Shown here: in pieces, positions 53,036-64,000 of the stretch
Position numbering within the stretch: the stretch's first letter is position 1
How the letters are laid out: the number at the start of each line of letters is the position of its first letter
Program-made: the position numbers and the translations under genes
Notes under the pieces: generated by a model
What the model was told of the DNA's origin: nothing
Seen by the model: only the letters and a program-made list of their open reading frames with translations
Database searches by the model: none
Origin: Eledone cirrhosa
Lineage: Eukaryota
Assembly: GCA_964016885.1 (NCBI GenBank)
Contig: CAXHJY010000503.1
Span: forward strand, 1 to 64,000
Length of the DNA: 64,000 nucleotides
Direction: 5' to 3'

Positions 53036-53299
53036 GTAAAATATATATTTAACAGTAAACACAGCGATTCCTTTGTAACGCCCAACATATCTTTTTTGAA
53101 GTAAATATCGGATTTATAATATATTTGAAAAGACACGTGCTTTTTCTAAAAGAAATGAATTATTTTCTGTTCCTTCCTCTTCTCACTCTCTATTTCTATT
53201 TCCTCTTTTATTTTTCATATCTTCTGATGAAAGACTAGTGTTCGAAACGTAAACACTCTTTTTCTGCTACATCAAGCGTTAAACTAGTGTATTTCTTCG

Positions 53300-53357
<58 letters not shown>

Positions 53358-53445
53358 CTATCTATCTATCTATCTCTATATATATATATATATGGGTAAA
53401 TCTCCGGGTAACAAGATCCGGTGGTGGAGAGAGAGATGTAAGTGG

Positions 53446-53530
<85 letters not shown>

Positions 53531-53984
53531 AATATAAATTAGCGAGAATCGTATTTTGGCTTTGGAAATTAGCGAAAAACAACTTCCGAGATGTGTGGCA
53601 AGCGCTCAATAATTCTAACGAACCAGAGCTACAACATACGTTAAAAGGCCAAACACACTGAGACGATGGTTAAACCATTATCCGCACAGCCATATATATA
53701 TATTCAAAACAACGAACAGCGGAGGACACGTTTCGCACCTTTCCGACAGAACACTCCCCCCCTCCCCGGAAAAACCCCAGTTGATGGATGTGAATCCGAA
53801 ATATACAGGGACAATTAAATCTCTCCCAAGGTAACTCTATCTCGTGTTGTTATTTTTATTTTTATCCTTTACGCTCTTTCCTTCATTCCTCTACACGCTA
53901 CAGTCTTATACACGCCACGCATCTCAACGTACACCCACTTACATCTCTCTCTCCACCACCGGATCTTGTTACCCGGAGATTTAC

Positions 53985-54046
<62 letters not shown>

Positions 54047-54363
54047 GTGTGTGTGTGTGTATGTGTGTGTGTGTGTGTGTGTAATGAAGAAATACACTAG
54101 TTTAACGCTTGATGTAGCAGGAAAAGAGTGTTTACGTTTCGAACACTAGTCTTTCATCAGAAGATATGGAAAATAAAAGAGGAAATAGAAATAGAGAGTG
54201 AGAAGAGGAAGGAACAGAAAATAATTCATTTCTTTTAGAAAAAGCACGTGTCTTTTCAAATATATTATAAATCCGATATTTACTTAAAATTAAAAAAAGA
54301 TATTTTGGGCGTTACAAAGGAATCGTATAAAACGGTGTGTTTACTGTTAAATATATATTTTAC
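53036..54363. repeat. Nested inverted repeat: outer arms 53036-53303/54081-54363 with a hammerhead-like motif; inner arms 53392-53449/53930-53988
   Basis: Arms are near-perfect reverse complements; CUGAUGA...C-GAAA-C-GUA at 53224-53251; mirrored (CA)n/(TG)n. Confidence 0.88.
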
Positions 54364-54376
54364 ATATATATATATA

Positions 54377-54483
54377 TAGGAACGAGTAGGACCTCACTCG
54401 TTCCTATTACCCACTCTACTACCTTAAGTATTGAGTACTTTGGTGCGTTATGGTCCACCTGGTTCCTTACCACATTTCTTCCG

Positions 54484-54486
<3 letters not shown>
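54377..54486. mobile_element. Short family C element
   Basis: ATAGGAACGAGT/ACTCGTTCCTAT mini-inversion followed by the family tail. Confidence 0.8.
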
Positions 54487-54521
<35 letters not shown>

Positions 54522-54718
54522 TGTATATATATGTAATATAATTCAATATGATAAAGAGAGATAAACACAGATATATACATATTTGTGTTCAAAATTATAA
54601 GAACACATATAGGTATATATATGTTTATCTATCTTTATTATATTGAATTATATTACACGGCCCGGGAAATTGTTTCCTTGAGCTATTTTAATTGAGTTTC
54701 TAACTCAATATATACTTT

Positions 54719-54757
<39 letters not shown>

Positions 54758-55217
54758 TGGATCTAGCAACTCATAATATTATATTATAACATTAAATCAT
54801 AACATTTTTTAACACTACAAGTGAAGTCATTCTTTTCCTTTTTTTCAAATATACCTAACTGTACCAAGGATCTCACACATTTTCCAATATATGTATATAT
54901 ATGTATGTGTATGCATATACCTATAAATATATATATGTGTGTGTGTATAATATGTATATTTACTCTTTTACCTGCTCCAGCCATCCAGCTAAGGCCATGC
55001 TGGGGCACCGCCCTTGTTGCTACATATTTTATCTCCAGCTTGTATTGGTTGGCCACTGGTGCTAGAGGTAATTCGTTGCTGCTGCCCTTATCTATATCTA
55101 TCTAGTAACATATGAATGAAGAGGGACTGCACATATCCTTTGTATGTGTGAATTATAACATTACTTATCCATTTATTTATTCATTTATTTGTTTATTTAA
55201 TTATCTATATTATCTAC

Positions 55218-55543
55218 AATTGTTTCTACTTTAGGCACAAGGCCAGCAATTACCCAGTGCATTACTGGTACTTTATTTTATCGACCCCGTAAGGATGAAA
55301 GGCAAAGTTAACCCTGGCGGGATTTGAACTCAGATCGTAAAGGGACGTAACTATGCTGGAAAGCATGGCGTCCGACCCTCTACCGATACTGCCAATCCAC
55401 CTACATTTAAATAATGATACTAGTAATTAACATATATTGTGAAAATATAGCACAATTGGAAAATCTTTATAAATTGCCCCTCTCCTTTGTCCCTGTCTTT
55501 GTATTGTCCCCTACATGTCGGCCCTTGTGGCTAATAAATGAAA

Positions 55544-55575
<32 letters not shown>

Positions 55576-56210
55576 GGTCATATGGCGGTGGATTGGCAGC
55601 ATCGGTAGAGCGTCGGACACCATGCTTTGCAGCATACAGTTATGGTCCTTTACGTTCTGAGTTCAAATCCCGCCGAGGTTAACTTTGCCTTTCATTCTTA
55701 CTGGGTCGATAAAATAAAGTACCAGTAACGTACTGGGTTCGATTTAATCGACTTTCCCCTCTCCAAAAATTGCTGGCATTGTGCCTATACAAGAAATAAT
55801 AATTATTATTATTGACCATAGGGCGGTGGATTGACCGAATCTGTGGGGCGTCGAACAAAATGCTTTGTGGGATTTGTTTGCGGCCTTTTCCCTGATGAAT
55901 TCAAATCCGGTCAAGTTCAACCTTGTCTTATAATTTTTCAGTATCGATAAAGTGAAATACCAGTCAAATACTGTGGTGATATCGACGATTTTCCTCGCTC
56001 CACAAATTGCTGGCCTTGTGCCTAAATTAGAAACCTCGGCGGGATTTGAACGGTCTGAGTTCAAATCTCACCGAGGTTAACTTAGCCTTTCATCCTTACG
56101 GGGTCGATAAAATAAAGTACCAGTAATGTACTGGGGTCGATTTAATCCCCCCCCCCCCCACCGCCAAAAAAAAACATTGCTGGCCTTGTGCCTATAGTAG
56201 AAACAGTTAT
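55218..56210. mobile_element. SINE cluster (minus 55218-55402; plus 55581-55795, 55820-56035, 56050-56210)
   Basis: Family A/B boxes, core and tail. Confidence 0.85.
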
Positions 56211-56291
56211 TACACTGTGGTATTGAGTTTCGTCCGGTCGTTGAAGCCGATTAAATTTTGCGTAGCTCTGAAATAAAGGTTCAAGCTACTG

Positions 56292-56334
<43 letters not shown>

Positions 56335-57078
56335 CACTTCTTTTCAGCGTGTGGTGTCTTTGTGCCTGATTCATTACTCTCGCTATTGCAGCGGTGAAGG
56401 TGTACGAAACGTCTTCACGGTAAATGTTTACATACAATAGACAGGTAGACAATATAGGGTCAAGAGTTTTTGGCCTGTCTGTGTAAGGCGTGTGGGTGGG
56501 GATGAGGGGAAGGGCATAGCTTCTCCACCCTAACACCCACACACACATACACACACACACACACAGACACACATTCACACACACACACAAACACTCACGT
56601 TTGCATGCACGGTGGTGTATCGGTAAAATCTAGACTAGACAAGGCCGTTACCGAATCGTTGTGGTTGTTGTTTAACCCCAGGTCAGCCATGGACGAATAG
56701 AGATATGATCTAACTAAAGCATTCCAGCCTTGACGATCTCGTGAATGCAAATTACATACATACACATTTATACACACACACACACACTTACACTCAAACA
56801 CACTTACACACACATTTACATACACATTTACACACACACATATTTACACAAACGCACATTTACACACACACACATTTACACACACACATTTACACACAGA
56901 CATTTACACACACTTTTACACACGTACACACAGCTTTCATTCACACATTTACACACACGTACACACAGCTTTCACCTACGTACACTGAAACACAACTCCT
57001 ACACAAACCATCCATCTTTTGCTCTTTCTTACACAGCTCACCTCAAATCGTCTCACATTCTACTGCTGCTGCTGCTGT

Positions 57079-57140
<62 letters not shown>

Positions 57141-57154
57141 TAACAACAACAACA

Positions 57155-57188
<34 letters not shown>

Positions 57189-57226
57189 TAACAACAACTA
57201 CTACTACTACAACAACAACAACAACA

Positions 57227-57273
<47 letters not shown>

Positions 57274-57584
57274 AGGAGAACTACCGCAACCTTCTACACA
57301 ACCGATCGAACATTTTCCGTTACATTTACACATGTTTTACACGTATGAACGGCGCCATGTGTTGTGTTCAGCAGTGGAGACGTGATAGGAGAGAACAATC
57401 CCATCACGGATCACCGAGGTGGAACAAACCTGTTACCTCTATACGGTGTTAATGTGTGTGTGTTTGTGTATGTGTGTATGTGTATGTATGTGTGTGTGTG
57501 TTTGTGTGGGTATCTGTATGTATGCTTATGTATGTATGTATGAATCTACGTGTATATATATATATATAACGTGTGTATATACGA

Positions 57585-57616
<32 letters not shown>

Positions 57617-57619
<3 letters not shown>

Positions 57620-57735
57620 GGCGTGTGGCTGAGTGGTTAGAGAATTGGATTCGCAATCGTAAGGTTGTGAGTTCGATTCCTGGACCAGGCGATGCGTTAT
57701 GTCCTTGAGCAAGACACTTTATTTCACGTTGCTCC
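57617..57735 (+). mobile_element. Second-family SINE 5' part (tRNA-like head)
   Basis: GGCGTGTGGCTGAGTGGTTAGAG...GAGTTCGATTCC...GTCCTTGAGCAAGACACTTTATTTCACGTTGCTCC. Confidence 0.8.
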
Positions 57736-58262
57736 TTCTACGACCGATAGATAGTATTAGCAATTGGAAAGACCAACGGAAACATTGTTCCCTCGGTCCG
57801 ATTCGACGAAAGTCGATCGTCTTCCTATATATATATATATGCTTATGTATTTATTTGTGTATGTATGGTGTATGTATTATGTATGTATATATGTATGTAT
57901 GTTGTATGTATGTATGCTGTACATATGCATGTATGTATATATGTATGTAGGTTTGTATGTATGTAGGTATTTGTATTACTATATCACTATAAACACATAA
58001 TATTTCTGCACTGCGTTTGTGCACTGTATTAGTTCGTGTCTGTGTGTTTGAGTTGGTGTGTGCGGTTTGTAAGTGACGGAAGTTGTGATATCTCATCGGA
58101 TGGAGAGTACTTTGAAGAGCCATATTTGTCATATATTGTCTCACAGTGTTGTTATCTGAGGATTCCTCTATGGGCACACGTGCCTGTGTGATATCCAGAG
58201 CCTTAATCCAAAGATGCGCAAATTTAAAAATATGTTCTACAAAATTCACAAGGAAAACACTA

Positions 58263-58622
58263 TACTCTCAGGTCTCAAATAATGGGGGCGGGGGATAAGT
58301 GCAAAGGAGTGGGTCGATTATTAATATTTCTAGGTTGTCTCCGTTGATTTTTTAAAAAAAGCCAGAATTAGTCGTTTAGTTTACATATTGAGACCCCAAC
58401 TATTTATTTTATAACGTATGGGATTTTTAATAATCTACTTTTTTTTGTCTTGTATAATGGTTTCTAATATATAAAGGGATGCTACCACTTAAAATAGATT
58501 TTCGCCGGAGATAGATTAGCACAATTTAATAAGCAGGGGTCGGGTGGATAAGAGCGAATGGTTGGGGTAATCTGAAAAATGAATTAGCTGGGGTAGAGGA
58601 CGATTATTTGAGACCCGAAGTA
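58263..58622 (+). mobile_element. Tc1/mariner-type MITE (third copy)
   Basis: TACTCTCAGGTCTCAAATAAT...ATTATTTGAGACCCGAAGTA plus the shared internal block. Confidence 0.7.
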
Positions 58623-59458
58623 AGTGAATTCCATCCATAGCATATATTCAATCTAAGACTACATTGTCCAATGTCAGGGGTTGTAAACCCATTCCGATCG
58701 GAACAACATTTTGCTCATATTCAAATTTGAAAATACGAACTGTCAAAATCTCTAAAACCCTATTAAATATATATATATGACAAAAATCAGTAATCAACCA
58801 CAATAATGGTTTTTGATTTAGGGGAGGGGAAAGTCGATTAAATTCACCCCAATCCTTTATTTGTACATTATTTTATCGACTCTGTAAGGATGAAAGAATC
58901 AACCATAATAATACGCCACATGTGTTTGTAAATATCTGTCTGCAATTCTACACCCACATTGCTACAATAAGAAGTTCGCTTTTAAATCATAAAATTCTAG
59001 GTTCTAACCCTAATTTTGTCTCTGTAAATAGTTATTTCTCCAAAGCTACTCATACATTTAATCCCGTATGACATTTGTGTATATATACTGAACATTATCT
59101 TTTGTTTTCAAATGTTTCCATCATTGTATAACTTCTGTTTATAAAATATAGTTGACATAATATGTTTATGTACAACAGATAAAATAAAATTGCTTTTTCT
59201 TTCATGCCTTATAGAATAATTTCCTAAATTTTTGATTTTAAATTATGTAAATTATATCCTAGAAATAGAATTTTAAAAACATTATTTTTTATCCATAATT
59301 ACTTCTTTGTGTCAGTAAACAACATAAACTCGAGGTTTCTCGTAATTTATCAAAACGCAAATTTCCTTGTTTGTGCCATTGTTCATATATCTACTGGTGT
59401 AGATAGCATACCAATCCTGGACTGCAAAATTAATACAGTCAATGCTATTGCCATCATT

Positions 59459-59641
59459 ATTGGCAGTATCGGTAGAGGGTCGGACGCCATGCTTTGACGC
59501 ATAGAGTTACGGCCCTTGCCATTCTGAGTTCAAATCCCGCCGAGGTTAACTTTGCTTTCATCCTTACGGGATCGATAAAATAAAGTACCAGTAATGTACT
59601 GAGTAATTGCTGGCCTTGTGCCAAAAGTAGAAACAATTATT
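59459..59641 (+). mobile_element. Main-family SINE
   Basis: Closely matches 35608-35780. Confidence 0.85.
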
Positions 59642-59683
59642 AATGACAGACAGACAGACACACACACACACATATATATATAA

Positions 59684-59808
59684 ATCGGGATGGATGCCGT
59701 AAGGAACCGGTTAGACCATTACGATATTTGGGGTAGTAGAGTATGTTTATGAAATTGATTCAGGACCCCGACAGTTGAGCTCTTGCCGTTTCAACAGCTA
59801 GTTCCAGA

Positions 59809-59847
<39 letters not shown>

Positions 59848-59937
59848 GTATTTCTCTCTGCATATATATATATATACTCTGCTATGTATTGAGTACCTTA
59901 CTTACTGTGGTTACCTCCGTTTAAACCCCGAATAACT

Positions 59938-59940
<3 letters not shown>
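59684..59940. mobile_element. Family C fragment (minus, 59684-59812) and family D fragment (plus, 59876-59940) in TA runs
   Basis: Homology to 46419-46588 and to the reverse complement of 41641-41710. Confidence 0.7.
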
Positions 59941-59971
<31 letters not shown>

Positions 59972-59996
59972 GTTTATATATATATATCTGCATATG

Positions 59997-60095
<99 letters not shown>

Positions 60096-60744
60096 ATTGT
60101 TGTAGTTTGCTTGAAGCATTGTGGAACAGGAAATACAAATATAACTAGGAAATACGTTTAATTATTTGGAAGCCCGACAATGCGTGTAAGATTATAATTG
60201 TCAAGGTAATAAGAATTAGAGAAAAAGGGGTCATTACCACGGTTGGAACATGTTATAGCACCGATGTGTTATAAACTCTGACTGAAAAGAATACAGTGTA
60301 ATGATGATATATTAGTTTAAAGCTTGAAATAGCTGGAAAGCGTGTTAACGTTTCGGAAGCTAGACGTTCACTGGAAAAATGAATGAGAAAAGAGAGAATG
60401 TTTAGCAGAGAGTATACAGACACACACATACATAGGTGCATACATACATAATATATACATACGTAGATACATACCTAGATCATACATACATCCATGCATA
60501 TATATTTATATATGTATATATATAGCTTAAAGCTATCTCTGTTATTGTATTAAATATATATATATATATATATACATATATATATGCATGTACGCTTATA
60601 TATATGTATATGCATGTATGTTTATATATATATACATATATATATATATATGCATGTACGCTTATATAAATATATGTATATGCATGTATATTATATATAT
60701 ATATATATATATAATATATGTATGTATATATATGTATATATTTA

Positions 60745-60807
<63 letters not shown>

Positions 60808-61446
60808 ATACATTTAGCAGGTCGAGCAAAAGTGCCGGGACATTCTTGATTACGATGATAATGCTATTACTAATTGTTTCTAATTTTGGTACAAGGCCAG
60901 CAATTTGAAGGGAAGGCGAAAGTCGATTAAATCGAACCAGTACGTTACTGGTACTTTATTTCTCGAAATTGTAAGGATGAAAGGTAAAATTAACCTCTAC
61001 AGGATTTGAACTCAGAACGTAAAGGGCCGTAACTATATGTCATAAAGCATATTGTCTGACGTTCTACCGATACTGCCAATCAACCGATAATTTCTTTTAT
61101 TTGGCAAAAGAGCATCGGATGAAGGAGACATTACAAAGAAAAATTACAATATGAAGGTGTTGTGCAGAGAACTGAGAAAAAGGTGTAACAAGTATGTGTA
61201 ATATTCAGATTAGGCAGTGGTTTCTAATTCAGGCACAGGGTCAACAATTTTTGAAAGAAGGGACAAGTCAATATTATCTACTACAGTACGTGAGTAATAC
61301 TTATTTTATCGGAACCCGGAAGAATGAAAGATAAAGTTTGAGCTTGTCATAAAGAAAAGGTCCGTAACTAAATAATAACACAAGGCATTTTGTTGAAAGC
61401 TATAATGATTCTACTTTCAGTTCGTTTTTAATGATGACGACGGTGT

Positions 61447-61666
61447 AGAAGAAGAAGAAGAAGAAGAAGAAGAAGAAGAAGAAGAAGAAGAAGAAGAAGA
61501 AGAAGAAGAAGAAGAAGAAGAAGAAGAAGAAGAAGAAGAAGAAGAAGAAGAAGAAGAAGAAGAAGAAGAAGAAGAAGAAGAAGAAGAAGAAGAAGAAGAA
61601 GAAGAAGAAGAAGAAGAAGAAGAAGAAGAAGAAGAAGAAGAAGAAGAAGAAGAAGAAGAAGAAGAA
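61447..61666. repeat. (GAA)n perfect microsatellite, about 73 units
   Basis: Direct reading. Confidence 0.97.
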
Positions 61667-61669
61667 TGA

Positions 61670-61930
61670 AAGCCGAAGCGATTGATTGGCTGATAAAAGC
61701 TAGTTGAGGTTGAGCGCACGCGAAACAAGGCTAAAGTAACGGCGTCGATTGGTCGCGCCTGCTGATTGGCACGCGCTGCTTCAATCGACTCCCCCTTCTG
61801 CGTCAGCAAACCTCTTAGATAAGGTGGTTTATAATGGCTGATCTCGGAAGAGGAATTGCAGACAGCTTTAATAACCAAGTTGGGATTAAAAACAGGCTGT
61901 ATATCTATATATCCCGACGGAAATCGCGGA
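61670..61930 (+). promoter_or_regulatory. Candidate Pol II promoter
   Basis: Non-repetitive CpG-rich patch with three ATTGG (CCAAT/NF-Y) boxes at 61685, 61748 and 61765, CRE-like TGCGTCA at 61799, GATA site AGATAA and TATA-like motifs. Confidence 0.55.
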
Positions 61931-62125
61931 CCAAGTTGTTTTTACCTACCACAAACATTACACAGCTGCGGCGAAGAAACGAGACATTATTATATTAAAT
62001 TAACTGAAAGAAAAATTAATTTAAAAAAAAATAATAATTTAAAAATAATATTTTAAAAACAATAATTTAAAAACAAAACCAAAACAAAAAAGCTAAAAAT
62101 ACATAACAGGAAGAAGTAAAAAAAT

Positions 62126-62146
62126 ATGTCGGATACCAAATTCAAG
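62126..62146 (+). CDS. Candidate first coding mini-exon (MSDTKFK) of an unidentified host gene
   Basis: AAAAT-ATG TCG GAT ACC AAA TTC AAG|GTATGA: A at -3, good donor site, downstream of the promoter-like patch and an A-rich leader. Confidence 0.35.
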
Positions 62147-63710
62147 GTATGAAAAACTTTTTATAAATAATAATAATAATTGTTTCTGATTTAGGCACAA
62201 TGCCAGCAATTTGAAGGGCAGGGCCAGTTGATTATATCGACACCAGTACTTGACTGGTACTTTATTTTGTCTCTCCCGGAAAGATGAATTGCAAAGTTGA
62301 CCTTGGTGGGATTTGAACTCAGAAAATAAAGAGAATACTACGAAAGATTTTATCGGTGCTATAATAATTGTTTCTACTTTTGGCACAAGGCCAGCAATTA
62401 TCCCAGTGTATTACTGGTACTTTATTTTATCGACCCTGTAAGGATAAAAGGCAAAGTTAACCTCGATAATAATAATTCTTTTTAGCACTAGAACAAGCCC
62501 AGCAACTTGAGAGAAAGGCAAATCATACGACTCCAGTATTTAAATGGTACTTCACATTATCGAGTACGGAATGACAAAAGACAAAGTTGACCTGAGAACG
62601 TAAAGAGCCGAAACAAATACTGCTAAGCATTTGTCTGACGCTCTACCAATTCCTCTCACCCTCAGGCGATATAATAATGATAATTATTTTTTACGTCGGC
62701 ACCAGGCTAGGAATTTGAGTAGAAGAGACAGTAGATTATATAACTAAGTCTATCCGTCCATCAGAATGGTTTGATTGCCAGATTCTAAGAGATTTCGGTT
62801 TTAGTTATGGCACTTTATATTCTGAGTTCATATTCCAACTAAATCCTCATTGCGTTTCCATTCCTCTAGTTCCGGCAATATAAGTTCCAACATCACTCTA
62901 ATGTTGGGATACATATAATCAATTGTTCCATTCTCTTTAAATTAATGGCCTTGTACTTATGTAAGAATGTACTTATGTAAGAAATTATTATTATTGATAT
63001 AATTATTTTATTATTGTTATTGATGTTTTTCGTTTAAATGTGTATTATAATACATTATGTACTTTTTGATTTCATTTATTCCAAAAAACAAAACTAAACA
63101 AAAAAAACAACAAAAAAATGATAATATCAACTAATTCCTATTTACGCAAAAAATCTGAGAAACTTGTGATTATGTGAGAAACGATTTGGCAGTATTGCCA
63201 GAGGGTCGGACATGCTTAGCAGCATATAGTTACGGCCCTTTACGTTCTGAGTTCAAATCCCGTCGAGGTGAGCTCTGCCTTTCATCTTTACGGGGTCGAT
63301 AAAATAAAGCACCAGTTACGCACAGGGGTAGATTTAATCGATTTTCCACTCCCCCAAAATCGTAGGCCTTGTGACAAAATCAGAAACCATTATTTGCCAT
63401 TCTGAGTCCAAATCCCGCCGAGGTTAACTTTGCCTTTCATCCTTATGGGGTCGATAAAATAAAGTACCAGTAATACACTGGGGTAATTGCTGGCCTTGTG
63501 CCAAAAGTAGAAACAATTATTAACATCATTGTCATCGTCGTAATCATCATCATCATCATCATCATTATCAATACTATTATTTTCACTTTTCCTCTTCTCC
63601 AGAAAACTAAACATTCAACGCATACAACCCACAATTTAACGTATGCATGTGTAGATTTATACATATATACATATATATATATATATGTAAATAGTGAATA
63701 TATATATATA

Positions 63711-63830
63711 AATAGTGAATCTTGTTATTCTGGAGATTCGTCTGTTTATCACAGGTTCTTGTGATAAACAGGCGAAATTCCAGAGTAACAAGACTCACTA
63801 TTAAGCCTTAATAACATGAATAATAAACAT
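63711..63830. mobile_element. Family E element, head-to-head hairpin
   Basis: 43-bp arms 63711-63753/63760-63802 containing GCGAAA-UUCCAGA-GUA|ACAAGA. Confidence 0.75.
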
Positions 63831-63896
63831 GCGTATGTTCCTTGCAATCTTGCTACCTGAAAATACGTATGTATATACACTTACACAGCTATGTCA

Positions 63897-63953
<57 letters not shown>

Positions 63954-63965
63954 TATATATATATA

Positions 63966-63998
<33 letters not shown>

Positions 63999-64000
63999 GT

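Larger units (their letters stand above)
60872..63520. mobile_element. Region with at least seven main-family SINE copies (minus 60872-61085, 61220-61410, 62180-62340, 62365-62465, 62480-62660; plus 63186-63390, 63397-63520)
   Basis: Repeated family core and tail. Confidence 0.75.

Noticed and set aside
57617-57690. Functional tRNA gene
   Set aside because: Acceptor and anticodon stems are poorly paired and it runs straight into the SINE core; it is a SINE head.

Overview
AT-rich, microsatellite-dense animal genomic DNA, most likely a cephalopod (Octopus-like, judged from the tRNA-derived SINE families and repeat landscape; inference). No complete host gene is visible. Most ORFs in the track are translated microsatellites. 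Real coding remnants are an intact 1153-aa Tx1-clade LINE ORF2 with a 20-bp TSD, Penelope-like (PLE) GIY-YIG/RT remnants and RTE fragments. There is also a retroposed-looking 5S rRNA copy, several MITEs, over 30 SINEs and a candidate promoter plus first coding exon near 61.7-62.15 kb. The main finding is a set of about ten sequence-distinct families of short non-coding elements sitting in (TA)n tracts. Most carry type-I hammerhead ribozymes or remnants, and about 17 are inserted as head-to-head pairs with both 3' ends facing outward into TA. At least seven families share a covarying bulged stem-loop about 40-65 nt downstream of the cleavage site. This looks like a PLE-mobilised, retrozyme-like system with a common RNA signal. 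All pairings were read by eye; no folding or database search was run.
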